A stretch of 64,000 nucleotides of DNA from Epiperipatus broadwayi (GCA_028023455.1 JAQFVV010000005.1:15376001-15440000), one strand, 5' to 3'. Counted from the stretch's first letter, positions 51,770 through 64,000 are shown. The notes: generated by a model from the letters alone, not told the origin. A program made the numbers and translations.

Positions 51770-52932
51770 TAAATATCTTTACTGATTTATTTTTATTCTT
51801 TACTTTTTTATGAATGTAAGTTTATATAAACATAAATTCTAATTATTTTAATGAGCATGCAAATAATTTTATAATCTATGAAACTGTAACACAAAGATTT
51901 TAAACCAATTTCATGGAACCAACAAGTCCAAAAAACAATTAAGACAATTTTGCAAGCCAGATTCCCATAGAATTATTTTAAATAAACTCATAAACAATGC
52001 CCACGTTTTTATATATTAATGCCAATCTATCCTGTCAAATAAGATAAAATTCAAATAAATTTATTGCTAATATATTAATAGCAATACTGGAAAATTATTT
52101 CAATTTTTATTACTATCACTGTTTTTGCGAGATTATGGCAGGTGAATATATATTTTTTCTATTTTCATACAATAATAAATTTATTTTTATTCTATAGTTA
52201 TAAGTTGCTAGAATATTTTTATATCTAAAATATAAGGTTCTTTTTTTTTTTTTTTAAAAAAAAAAAAAGAGATTAATAAATTCTTCCTATTTTTATATAT
52301 ATAAAAAAAATAAATGCCTATTCTTAAGTTATTTTCTGAAAAAAAAAAATGAAATGCCACAATATGTTGAAAGTGTAAAACAACACTTCCTGGATAAAAT
52401 TAGATATAACTTCGAGGAAAGAATTTTAATATTCAACTTTTTTTGTTATTGCTAATAAATAGTACGATAAATTTATTGCTTTCACTATATTATAGCCGAT
52501 CATTAATTATTATAGAAAATATGAGTTATATTACATTTAATTTTTTTTTAAAAAAAATGAAAACTGGATCCTATCCAAACTGTTAAAAAACATCATAAAT
52601 TTTAGTTCTGCTTCATTTCAATGAAAATAGCATTGCCAAAAATTTTGCTTATAAATCCTATTTTTCATGCTTCAAACATATGCTTTATAAACTTAAGTTT
52701 ATGAAAGAATTTACATAAGTGAAATTCTGCCTAGCAAATACAAAAATAAATCTTTATAAAACCACCTCTTCCCATTAATATATTTAGTTTAAATAATTTT
52801 TGGTTTTTAAAAAAAAAAAAAAACTTAAAAGCTACAGTGGCCGAAAGGCAAATTAAATGTGATCGTCTAAAAATGTGTTCAGTAACAACTTACTATGTGT
52901 TGTTGAGCTACTGATAAAGAATGAGGAACTAC

Positions 52933-54092
52933 CTCATCGTTTATCCTCCGATCCTCCTCTTCTTCACTGTCAACACTGCTTGTTCTCAGGTATGTGAGCA
53001 AATGAGGAGAGGGACGCTTCTTCCATGCTAAATAGTCCATCATATTTCCCCCATTCTGAAGAAAAAACAATTCAGTTAAATGTTCTCGATAACTCTCTTT
53101 TAGAGTATTTAATTCTTTTTGCTTATAATCACAAATTAATTTTCTATAATTTGCAATTTCTGGTGTTGCAGGTGATTTTTCTTCCAATTTAATTCGTTTC
53201 GGCTTGGAAGTTGCACTAGTAACAGGACTAGTTTGATGAATTGCATTAAGAAAAAAACTATTAGCAACAGTTGTCATAGTATCAAAAGTAATTTTAGTAT
53301 TATTAACTCCTGGACTATATACACCAATATTTCCAGCAGCAGGTCGACGCTGTTGAAGCTGCTGAATTTGATCTTGAACAGTTAAAGTTTGTATATTATG
53401 TTGTGGAGAAGCTAATGGTGGAATACCACCATGTGTAGGACTTTGTCCTAAATGATGGATAGTACTACCACTATGACTCACACTCATAGTTGTAGGTAAT
53501 TGATGGGATCGCTGTGAAGAAACATCCCTAAGTTCTTGGATTACAAATCCGTGTGTACTGGTAGTTCCAAGGTGTCGAATAGTCATCCCACTAGCATCCT
53601 GGTATGTACCTTTAGTTGGACTTACAGAAACTGGTAAAATTCCAGAATTAGTTCTTAACTGAAGTGAACCAGCAGAAGTTCCTTGGCTTTGTATTGGGGA
53701 AGTAGTAGATGGTGATACAGTTATATAACCTTGCGGCGTAGAACTGTAAATCCGTCCAATATTTTGTGGATTAATACTGTATGAGCTAGGAGCCTGTCCA
53801 GATTGCGTTGTAGTTAAGCGAAGATTTTGAATAGTATTGATAGGACTCACGCAATTATTCTGGTTTGGCAAAGGTATATTCTGAATCTGTCCTTGTAATA
53901 AGAAAGACTGAAACTTCGGTGACTGAGAGGAGATCACGGATGGAGCTGCAATATTTGGCGAAGCAACTTCCACCGTTTCGGAAATTTGTTTTGTCTTCTG
54001 CTGTTGAATATGGTGCTGTTGAGGTGGTGACAGTTTTGATGCTTCATTAGGTTCATTGTTACCCCGGATCATGATGTTACTACCCTGGGGTC
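52933..54092 (-). CDS. dom: domino/EP400/SRCAP-like large 5' coding exon (1,160 bp); likely start ATG at 54072
   Basis: Q/S/T/P-rich region followed by KPKRIKLE...YREHLTELFFLQNGGNMMDYLAWKKRP, the EP400/Domino N-terminal motif. Acceptor ttttctttcattatttag|, donor GAG|gtagtt. The ORF track (52879-54144) overruns both splice sites. Confidence 0.93.
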
Positions 54093-54183
54093 CTAAATAA
54101 TGAAAGAAAAAAAATTTAATAATTATAAAATTACTTAAAAGCATTAACTAATTTTAATAGAATTATTACAATAAAGAATGTGC

Positions 54184-54271
54184 CTTTGGACAGCCTGCAA
54201 ATCCATAAATGACCAGTCATTCTGAAGAAATGCGGTTCAAATGGAATTGTGCTGATGGCACCAAATAATAT
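54184..54271 (-). other. dom: Probable 5'UTR or alternative-start exon of dom
   Basis: Acceptor ttttttcttaag| and raised GC. The donor is either GC-type AAG|gcacat (54183) or TT|gtaata 14 nt further on. Confidence 0.55.
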
Positions 54272-54454
54272 CTTAAGAAAAAATAAAAAAATATATATCT
54301 ACAGTGAAGTAACTATTTTATAACTTTCTTTTTTATGCAAATACTTGCAAAACATATTAAGGAATTTAATTAACATTTTTAAATACTAGAAATTTTAACA
54401 TGTAATCAACAATTATAAGTTGCAATTAGATCTACATCAATAATATTCAATTAC

Positions 54455-54520
54455 CTAATCCATTTTTGTTTCTCATAATTACCACAAATTTCCACATCAT
54501 GAGCATTAAAAATTGGTGCA
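54455..54520 (-). other. dom: Probable 5'UTR exon of dom (66 bp)
   Basis: Acceptor ttttttttgcatttttttag| and donor TAG|gtaatt. Confidence 0.6.
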
Positions 54521-54980
54521 CTAAAAAAATGCAAAAAAAATTACTATATAGTGATCTTTAACTTTTCCTGGAAACTAAATGTCAGGAAATGCCTTATGCC
54601 AAAAACGTCTAAAAAAAATTCAGTTTAATTTTACAATAAATTTTTGTTAGTGCCTTATAATGCTATGATTCTGCATATAAAAAGTTTCTATATCACTATA
54701 TTTGTAAATTTTATAGCTAAAAAATAATTTTGACAGCTTGACTTAATATTTTTACTCTTAAATAGTGCTTATTATGCCAAAGTATTTAAATCTTTAATAG
54801 TTGATAGCTTAAAATAATTAGTAATGTATTTTCGAAGTTAATAGTGTTAATATAATCAAAATTTAACCAGTTTTAAAAACTAGTACTAATTTGAAGCTAT
54901 TCAAACCCTAAATTTAGATTTGCTAGCAATTAAATTAAATTCGTAGTGTATTAATCTAATGTTAATTTTAACACAGAATA

Positions 54981-57378
54981 TATCTGGGTCTCGTATTATG
55001 CAGTAGACAGGTTCCTCAGAAAACGTGCACAAAAGAAATCACACAAAAATAGACATAACTTACCTTGAAAAATGGGGGATACGTACAAATTACTTTAAAA
55101 TTCGCATAAAAAAAATAAGGAAATAAAATATGATGTTTGTCGTCGATGAACCAACATATCCCACTGGATGGCGCTGTTTTCGCACTAAAACACATAAAAA
55201 TGCTGTTTCCGCGGCCAACACGTGCAGGTCATTATGTCGCGTCGCAGTACAGCATGTATGTTTACGCAGCAAATACATTTTCCCAATTCGCACAGTTTAT
55301 AAAAAGGTTACGGCTTGGGGAGAGGGTGTGTTTTTTTTAATTGGATGGAAATGTTATTTTCATTGGATTTTTTTATATTTTAAAGTATTGAAATGTTCAG
55401 ATTTTGTAAAGTAATAATTAACAGATTTTTTACACCGTAGTGTATTGAAGTTTTAAGTAGTAAATGTTGACGAGATATATGTATAAAGTGAATTGGAATT
55501 AGGTAACGCGTCAAGTAACGTACTGTTCGGAACATTTCCACGAGACATTTTAACATTGTACCGTGTGTATATTTTTGAAATAAAAAAGAGTGTTAACACA
55601 AAAATATCCAGTAAGAAAAGTACAATTGTACACTGTTTTTTTAAATGTCATAAAAAGCATATATTATAAACATTTTATTTATATATATATTTGTTGTTGT
55701 TTAAAAAAGTTTGTTTCTTTCTTTTCTCTGACTACTGTTATACTTTGTTGAATATAGTTTACGTTTATTGTTATTATTTATTTTATAGATGTTAGTAAAA
55801 CAAAATATTTTCAAAAATACGATTTTGATATTTTTTATTTTAACCATAAACCTAACCCTAAAAACTTTTACTTTTAGTTGTCATTCTATTTGAAATAAAA
55901 AATAGCGGTAAACAAAAAAAAAAAAAAAAAGCCGTAACCCCAGTAAAAAAATCTCCGATAGAAAATTGATTTTTCTAATAAAAAGAAAACTAAAAAAGAC
56001 TAATCAAATTGTAATTTGTTTATTTTATTTTACATTTATTATTATCATTTAATTTGTATATGTTAATAAAAAATATTTAAAATTAAATAATATTTAAAAA
56101 AGCCGATTTTCTTTTGTTTTTATTTTCGCATTACAAAAAACACATCAAAATAATTATAATTAACGGCCCGTGAATGATCATATTTTATAGTTTTAGCGTG
56201 CTAACTGCGCCATCCAGTGGGATATGGTTGCTCATCGACGAGAACCAATATGACTAATAAAAAATTTCAAATTTGAAAAAAATTGATACAAGACAAACTT
56301 TTGTTATTAACTACAGTATTTAATTTTATTCAAAACAATATATTTTTATGATTAATTTACAGTATTTTACATTTTTTCATACATGTACAGTATTTTAATC
56401 CTTATCACTATTTGATATGCAAGTTTATTTGTGAACTATTAAAACATCAGATTCGTCACAAGAGGAAATACAACTAGCGCCAACTTCATTGTTTTAATTG
56501 CTTATAATACATTCACCCAAACTAAAATGTTTTCCAATCGCTGTTGATCCTTCCCATTTCGCTAAATGATCTAAAATTGAAATTTTTGTTTCCAAAGAAA
56601 CTCATTTATTTGGATGTTTTTTCCTCTCCATTAGGGTAAACTAAAAGTTTAAAATAAGAACTTAAGACTTATGATGATAAAAAGACACCTACTCACCACA
56701 GTTGGGCAAAATTTAATTAAAACAATTAAAAATTAAATTCTTACTTTTGTCTTTAATTTTCAATCCCATTTAAAAATCAAATTTCATTGTTTCACATCAC
56801 ATTAATTTCAGATCATGTTATGTAATTTTTAAATTAATTATAATTAAAAACCAGATTTTAATTTTTAATTGTCAAATTTAATTGTGCCCACCGCTGTTAT
56901 TCATTTTTTAAAAATAAAACTTGCGAACACTAAATGATTAATTGATTACGTACTCTTTTTTTAAAAAGCAAAAATAGAATGTGATTTAAAATGCAAAAAC
57001 AACATCTATAATGTTTGAACAGATTTACATTATAATCTTGTAAAATTTAATGTGTGTATATATAATGAGAAAATCCTGATTTTAAGTGAATTATGAACTT
57101 CTTTATTGTGTAAAATCTATTACAATACTATTATAAAGCGCTGAAAATATTGAAATTATTAGATGGAAGAACTCCGATAATGCGCTATTACTTTAAATAT
57201 GATGTGTGAGTGCGCGAAATTTATAATATTTAAAGTAATAATGCATTATCAGAGCTAGACTTCTGATCTAATAATTTTTATTGCATAAAAGAAAACCGTA
57301 TACAAAGATATTAAGAAACATGAATCGCATAACTTCAAAATCGCATTAAAAAAATCCACATAAAACGAGACAAGGGTC
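54981..57378. mobile_element. Tc1/pogo-type MITE copy 1 (decayed TIRs, TA flanks) hosting a nested element
   Basis: Ends tatctgggtctcgtattatgcag... and ...ccacataaaacgagacaagggtc, both flanked by TA. Both terminal regions align with 61186-62107. Confidence 0.8.
55134..56247. mobile_element. Unclassified TIR element, 1,114 bp, TG...CA ends, 6-bp TSD
   Basis: ~58-bp imperfect TIRs with an identical 20-bp core catatcccactggatggcgc. TSD ATATGA at 55128-55133 and 56248-56253. The empty site is visible in MITE copy 2 (aaagtatgactaat, ~61358). Confidence 0.88.
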
Positions 57379-59093
57379 TATTATAGTATATTCATAAAAA
57401 AATTGAATAAAGCTAATGATAGTAATTAAAGATAGGGTTTTACATAGAAGATAAATAAATGCTTGAATGAATGGATAAATGTAATATTTAATTTTAACAT
57501 TTATTTAAAGTATTATCAAATATCTAAATTTAAAAAGACAATATCAAATTATATTCTAGGGCATCTTTTGTAGAATAAAATTAATAGTCAATGAATGTAT
57601 TAAACATTATGGGTAATATTTATTTTATTCAACCACAAATTTCATTTATGTAATATTTTATTCCAACGTTCAATTTTGTAAATAATTATTGTAACAAGAA
57701 ATATTTTTAATTTTATTATCTAGACAGGGAAATTAATTTATTTTAAAAGCTAAATGTTAATTAAATTTTTTGTTAGCAACCTTCTTTGGTTTCAGTAGAC
57801 TGTGGATTCGAATAAAGGGAAGCGGTGTAATCAATAATCAGCGTTTAATGGGGTCACCTGAACCAAACTATAAATAGGTGAAATTAACTCCTGCATACAC
57901 ACTTCGATACTTCACTTTTAATCATTTTTGATTATTGCATTTTTATTTTAAAACTTCATTTTTAATAAAAATGTAATTTTATTTAAATCTTTTTTATTTT
58001 CTTAGCTTACAGTAATGTTAGGCTAAAAATTAACTTATCTGGACACATCTAAATTTAAACTTCCAAGAAACAAGAAATCATTTCAGCCAGCTTTATTTGA
58101 TAAAATTAGTTGTTATAATGTTTAACTTACTTTTATTTAAACTTCGTACACTATAAATTAAGACATTATTATCACCATGACAACATACAAACTGTTATCA
58201 ATTTCAAAGCGTATTTCTCTAATATTTAAATTTTTTGCAAGATACTGGAAATTATCAGCAGCAACAATATTTTTAAATGTCTTGAATAACTAGGATATTT
58301 TTACTAAAATACTCATTTATAAACTATTATCTGACATTAATTTACAGTGTGTAAAGAACTTCAAAATTTCATTTAATAAAGACTTATTTATGAGCAGTAT
58401 ATATTATCAATCATCTATAAAATCATATCTACAAGAAAATCTTTAACTTCATTGTTTAATATTGCTTAAATAAACAACTATTTGTGCTGTTAATATACTA
58501 GAATATTATCCATTGTTTTTATGACAGCATAAATGGTGTTTATTATGACAGATTCCCCCCCTCCCCCCAAGTGGAAATACATTTTCTTAGATCCTGGGGA
58601 GATAAAATAATTAGCTTTCATTATTTGAAGAATTCATAATTTTTTTTTAAATATTAAAATAAGTTACGGTATAAACGAAGATATAAAATAATTTTGAAAA
58701 TATATTGGAATTGACTAAATGAACATTGCCTGTTATTAATTTTGTTAAAGCCTGTACTCTCTCTCTGTGTATTGCTATGAAGACCACAATAGTTCTAAAA
58801 TGTGATATTTTTCTTGCTGAATACTTTTATTACTGCTAATTAATATAATGCTCTTAAAGGATCAAGTCTTGGATAACTAATTTTTAAGTAGAAAGAAAGA
58901 TTTTATTGAAACTTAAAATTTATTATTTAAATCCATGGAAACTTATTCAATGAATGGCCATATCTTCTAGTTTGCTAGCATAATTCATTTTAGATCTTTA
59001 TTTAAAAATAATTGTGAAGCGCTTTTATATTTTAATTAAGTTATATTTGTGCATTGGATATCTTCCTGCCCACAGAAATTTATTGCCCTAATA

Positions 59094-59762
59094 CAGGGGT
59101 ACCAACCTTTTTGCACTTAAGAGCACATTCTACAATACTGGCCAGGTGGCGGGCACCATTTATTTTTTCAACCAGGTGATGGGCACCATTTATTGTTTCA
59201 ACGTAAATTTATAGTTGAATATTGTTAATAATACACGTAATGTACAAAAAAAATATTTCAAAAATAAAATTTTAACATATAATTAATGTTTATATTTTTA
59301 CGCTGTAAAAGTATAATATGCCCTACAATTTGATTACAATATAATACAATGGCAAATTTGAAAAATTTTCCTACCCATATTTGCATATTTAATCTGTCCT
59401 ATTTTGCATATTTGCACTTAGTGAAAATGAAGAAATACTGTACTTCTTGAAAATGAAGATTATACCTTTGAAAGCGCTAGAAAAAAATCAATGAAAGTTT
59501 ATTTATTTATTTGAGTTATCTATATATAGCCGAATTATATATGCGTGTGCATTTTTAATATTAACACAAATATTAAGTTATTACAAATATATTCTAACAC
59601 ACGGTTTGACGTTATATATTACAATAATTTATAAGAAATTTTAAAAATTAAATTTATCTGTATCAGATAAATAATTTTTTATCGTGTTTGGATAGCGGCG
59701 GGCACATGTAATATGGTCTGCGGGCGACATGGTGCCCGCGGGCATAGGGTTGGAGACCCCTG
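59094..59762. mobile_element. hAT MITE, second copy, with a ~270-bp internal insertion
   Basis: TSD CCCTAATA on both sides and CAGGGGT...ACCCCTG ends. Colinear with 50670-51067 except for 59351-59619. Confidence 0.93.
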
Positions 59763-61185
59763 CCCTAATAGACTGTTCATGTTAATAGTAAATAGAAGGA
59801 CTATTTTATTTTGAAGGATACATGTTTTATTTTTATGATTTTGCACATTTTTATTTCAGATGCCTATTATTTTACCTGTTTTATATGCCATTTTTAAAAA
59901 TAACTTTTGGATTAAAATTCTTAGAATACCAGTATAAGATATTTAAAAATAGTATGCATTCCCTTTTTCATATGAATTATTTATAAAATATATATTATGC
60001 TGAATGCAGTATAAGTAGATGTCTATTATTTTATTTTATTGCGTGTTTATTGCCTACTTTTAATTAAGCTAAGTTTAGCATTAATTATTTATCATCTTTC
60101 ACATCTGTTAGTTATATTTTTGCTTAGAGATTGCAGCTTTAGTCTACTTAGAAATGCTTACTTTGCCAATATTGTTAGAAATTGTAGTTTAAGCTCTCAC
60201 CTGTTTGAGACAGTTTGTATGAATTTTATTGATCTTATTGTAACCAAAGCACATAATGCTTTTTAAGGGAACCCTGTTTAGTATTTTTGTCCCTGATGTG
60301 CTTTCTCATTTCTTGACTAGTGACAAAGTCCTACATCAAAGGTAAATGCACTTATTTATGAACTATGTCATTATACATTTACTTTACCTTTTCTCATTTA
60401 TCTCATTATGAATCTAGTTTGTTGTTGGCTGTTTTGTAAAGCATGTGTAATATTTTACCATGACTTTATTCTCGCAGGCAAATTGTTTTTATAAGGTATG
60501 GAGGAATCCCACCCTTATCTCTTGTAGTACTCTTGGTTTATTTAGATGTGAATTATATATTGAGGTGTAGGTCCTGCATTTAAACTTTGCTGAATTAAAT
60601 ACAAACAATAATTAACTTCAAAATTTTAAATTGTATCTTTGGCATAAATAGACAATATACCTCTCTCTTATCAATCCTTCGTCGCTGGATTGCTATGGCT
60701 ATATTTTTAAGTAATGTTAAATATTCATAAATGGGACACTTCATGAAAAGGACACTATCACTGTATGTATGTAAGAATTTAAAGTAATAAAAAGTTTAAT
60801 TTGATCTACTAAATCATTTTACCTGGCCAAATTTATTTCTTATTCATAAATCCATTTGTAATTTTAACCTTGTGATATATTTTTGAAAGAAAGTTATTTT
60901 TGTGAAAGCCCTTGGCTTTGTGGACTTAAAGGATATGCTATATTTGTGACATTATTTGTTTTTTCTATGAAATAAATACTTGTTTTTATTATTAAGAATC
61001 TTCTTAGTCATTTTTCAACATCATCCACTCATTAACCAGAAATCTAAATAATGATAAAAGTATTACAAATTATCTTAAGAGTTTGTTATAAGACGACATG
61101 AATAATGAAATTAATGTCCTTTTCTTAAATATTTAAGTTTTACAATTACATCTAAAAAAGATGTATTTTGCATAAAAAAATTGTA

Positions 61186-62107
61186 CACCTGGGTCTCGTT
61201 TTATGCGGTAGATAGGTTCCTCAGAAAATGCGCACAAAAATAGACTTAACTTATCTTGAAAAATGGGAATAGGGATTGTAATTTTCAGAAATTGCATAAA
61301 AGCAAAGCAAGAAGGAAACATTACTTTAAAATTCGCATTAAAAAAATAAGGAAATAAAGTATGACTAATAAAAAATTTCAAATATTTGAAGAAAAAAAAT
61401 ATAAGACAAACTTTTTTTACTTTTTTTATTAACTACAGTATTTAATTTTACATTTTTTCATTCATATTTTAATCATTAGCGGTTATTTGGCTATTTGACA
61501 ATATGTGTTTGTTTGTGAAATGTTAAGAAATCAAATTCGTCATGTGACATACAACTAGCGTCACTTTCAGTCTTGAGCTGTGTTAATACTTTTTTATTTC
61601 TATATTAATAGTAATAATAACAAGTCAGATGTCACATGACATATATAGCTTGCACTTAAAAAAATGAGATCGTAATCAAAACAAAAAAATTATAGATTAT
61701 CATTAGAAAGATTATTTTCAGTTTATAAAATCAATAAAATCTTCATTATTATTTATTTTAAAAACCTAAAAAATTATTTATTTCTGTTATAATTAACAAA
61801 ATACGAATATTTATTGCGATATTTTTATATATAATTATAAATCTATTATTATTATTGACTCATTAGTATATTATTTACATAGAAGCTAAAATTCTAATAC
61901 AGCTTCAGGCCATATTCACATTAGCTGCTAATATAACGTTATATTTTGAAAAAAAAAAAAGTATTTCAAGTCAAAATAAATTATTAATAATTTAAATTTC
62001 TTGATATCTAATAAATATAGTGAAATATGAAAGATATTAAGAAGAAATATGAATCGCATAACTTCAAAATCGCATTAAAATAATCCGCATAAAACGAGAC
62101 CCAGGTG
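61186..62107. mobile_element. Tc1/pogo-type MITE copy 2, 922 bp
   Basis: Perfect 23-bp TIR CACCTGGGTCTCGTTTTATGCGG with a TA TSD on both sides. Confidence 0.93.
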
Positions 62108-62613
62108 TAATTGCATATTTATTATTATTCGAGATCACTTCAATCAATTTCGTTTACTTATTAAAAGATCACTATTTATTTTTAAAATATTTTCCATAAA
62201 TAGTAAACCATATTTGTTATTCCATAATAAATTAAGATTATGAAAGGACTTAGTTCAAATTTAAGATATTAAAGATTTATTCTATGGTATCCCTACCCAT
62301 CACTAATATTTGTCATCTTATGAGATTATTATTTATCTTATTCTAAATTAAGAGATGTTTGTTTTATTTTAAATTAATATTATTTTTATTATAATTGTGA
62401 TAAGACATTAACTTAGGGGTAAGTCAGTGTCTTATTTACTAGGATTTCATTCTATGCTGAATACATCCTAAGATTTAGAGAGAATTTATTTTATGATTAA
62501 AATCAATCATATTACCCTGATATACCCTAATTTATTTCATGAACAATATTAATTAAAATTATTTTGATAAAGAAGCTATTTTCAAAGATGATAATCTTTG
62601 GTAGCAAAGATTT

Positions 62614-62793
62614 AAGAGAACATTTACATAATTTAAAATTAAACAATGTTTCATCTGATCATAGCAATAATATATTTAAAAAATGCTTATAATCTTGATA
62701 AGAAGAGAACATTTACATATTTTAAAATTAAACAATGTTTCATCTGATCATAGCAATAATATATTTAAAAGATGCTTATAATCTTGATAAGAA
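62614..62793. repeat. 89-bp near-perfect tandem duplication
   Basis: aagagaacatttacata...ttataatcttgataag at 62614 and 62703. Confidence 0.9.
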
Positions 62794-63377
62794 AAATGGT
62801 AGTGGTAGTAGATATTGAAAGAGAATTTTTAAATGCAACTTCAATGGCATATGCTTGCAATATTAGGAGTCCTCCATTTGTACTAATGAGTTCAGTTCTC
62901 ATAAGTTATGGATAATATTGATTTGTATTTTAATATTTATTATAATTTCTTATCCTGTATCTCTTATTATTGTAGCATAAGCCTGCACAATGTTAAAAGT
63001 GGATAGAAAACATTCCCTATCTTGCATGAGAATGGTGTAATGAAAATTATAATAAAGAAATATTCATTATTGGATCTCATCTAATGAGACTAATAAAAAT
63101 TATTAATTATAGCTATCTATATTTTACAAAATGCATATTTTTCATTTTTTCATCCAAAAATAAATGCTACAATGATATTTTAATGTTATTTCAAACCAAA
63201 TTATTTCTCAATTCTTATCCAAAATGTAAATGAGAAAAATTCATCATTACTTTAAAAATATTAAAAGTAAATAATTCATCACAACCATAAAAATAGTAAA
63301 AGTCAATCAAATATTACTAATTTCAATAGCATGTAAATAATTTACTACTGCCTTGGATATGTAATGCTTAAAATTAT

Positions 63378-63948
63378 ACTCATATCACAGAAGTCTTGTT
63401 CCAAATACATTACTAAGTATTATTTTTGCGGGCAGTCTCATAATGAGACATTTTAATAAACTTCCAAATAATTGTCTGATAAAAGAAGAATTCATTTTAT
63501 CTAACCTTCCAACTGTATATATTTTAAATAAATGAAGTTATATTCGAAAAGGTTGAAACTTATTATTAGCATCCATCTTAGTTCACAAGTAAGTCTTATT
63601 AACATTTGGGAGAATGTTCTGATATTAGTATAATCTTAAGTGTTACATATTCAAGGCAGTAATTAGTTAGTTACGTGCTATTGAAATTTAGTAATATTTA
63701 ATTTAGAATAATATGTAAAATGTTAAGCTGGCTTGATTAATTTGTGAATTAAGATAGTCACTAATAAGTTTTAGCCTTTTTAGATATATACATACATTTG
63801 GAAGATCAGATAAAAGAGGAATTGAATGGGCATTGATAAATGAAAAGTAAAATTATTTGCAGGTTTATTAAAACGTCTCATTATGAGACTACCCTGAAAA
63901 ATAATTCTTAGTAACATATTTGGAATGAGAATGCTCTGTGATATGACT
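63378..63948. mobile_element. Old TIR/fold-back element with ~95-bp inverted arms
   Basis: 63378-63472 is the reverse complement of about 63852-63948. Each arm contains the palindrome GTCTCAT-w-ATGAGAC. Confidence 0.7.
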
Positions 63949-64000
63949 ATGATCAAATATTTGATAATTTTGTGAGAAAGGCATAAATTAAATTTGTCAG

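Larger units (their letters stand above)
1087..52932 (-). other. dom: 51,846-bp GT-AG intron of the domino-like gene, filled with TEs
   Basis: Bounded by donor GAG|GTAGTT at 52932 and acceptor TTTAG| at 1087. The phase-0 junction rebuilds NDEVKV. Additional small exons inside it cannot be excluded. Confidence 0.8.

Noticed and set aside
52879-54144. 421-aa single-exon protein as given by the ORF track
   Set aside because: Its N-terminus (MLLSNFIIIKFFFFHYL) is a polypyrimidine tract and its C-terminus runs past the splice donors.
57781-57930. snRNA or 5S rRNA-like GC-richer stretch
   Set aside because: No match to the U1, U2, U4, U5, U6, U11, U12 or 5S signatures I can recall; left unassigned.

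Overview
This is AT-rich, CpG-depleted eukaryotic DNA, most likely from an arthropod (inferred from the domino-like protein and the TE content). No prokaryotic features or CRISPR arrays are present. The window holds the 5' part of one host gene on the minus strand, a domino/EP400/SRCAP-family chromatin remodeller. It has two probable 5'UTR exons (54455-54520, 54184-54271), a 1,160-bp exon (52933-54092) and an 82-bp exon (1005-1086). The two coding exons join in frame as ...RINDE|VKVPASGGTPVAISTTLPAAV..., across a single 51.8-kb intron. That intron is filled with nested transposable elements. One is a non-autonomous Gypsy-type LTR element (5231-16687) whose 5' LTR carries a hAT transposon and a short retro-insertion. 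Another is a Mag-type Gypsy element (26187-31727) with an internal inversion, inserted with a clean 5-bp TSD into an RTE LINE. There are also other RTE fragments, hAT, Tc1/pogo and unclassified MITEs, and at least six Penelope-like (PLE) remnants with hammerhead-ribozyme-like motifs. The most interesting signals are: (i) a tRNA-headed, hammerhead-bearing short element whose second, twin-primed copy starts within a few nt of the predicted self-cleavage site; (ii) an apparent antisense bias of the hammerhead motifs relative to the host gene; (iii) the inverted Gypsy element with intact TSD; (iv) nested MITEs carrying paired CTCF-like motifs and candidate first-exon donors just upstream of domino. 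All alignments were made by eye. No database searches were run.
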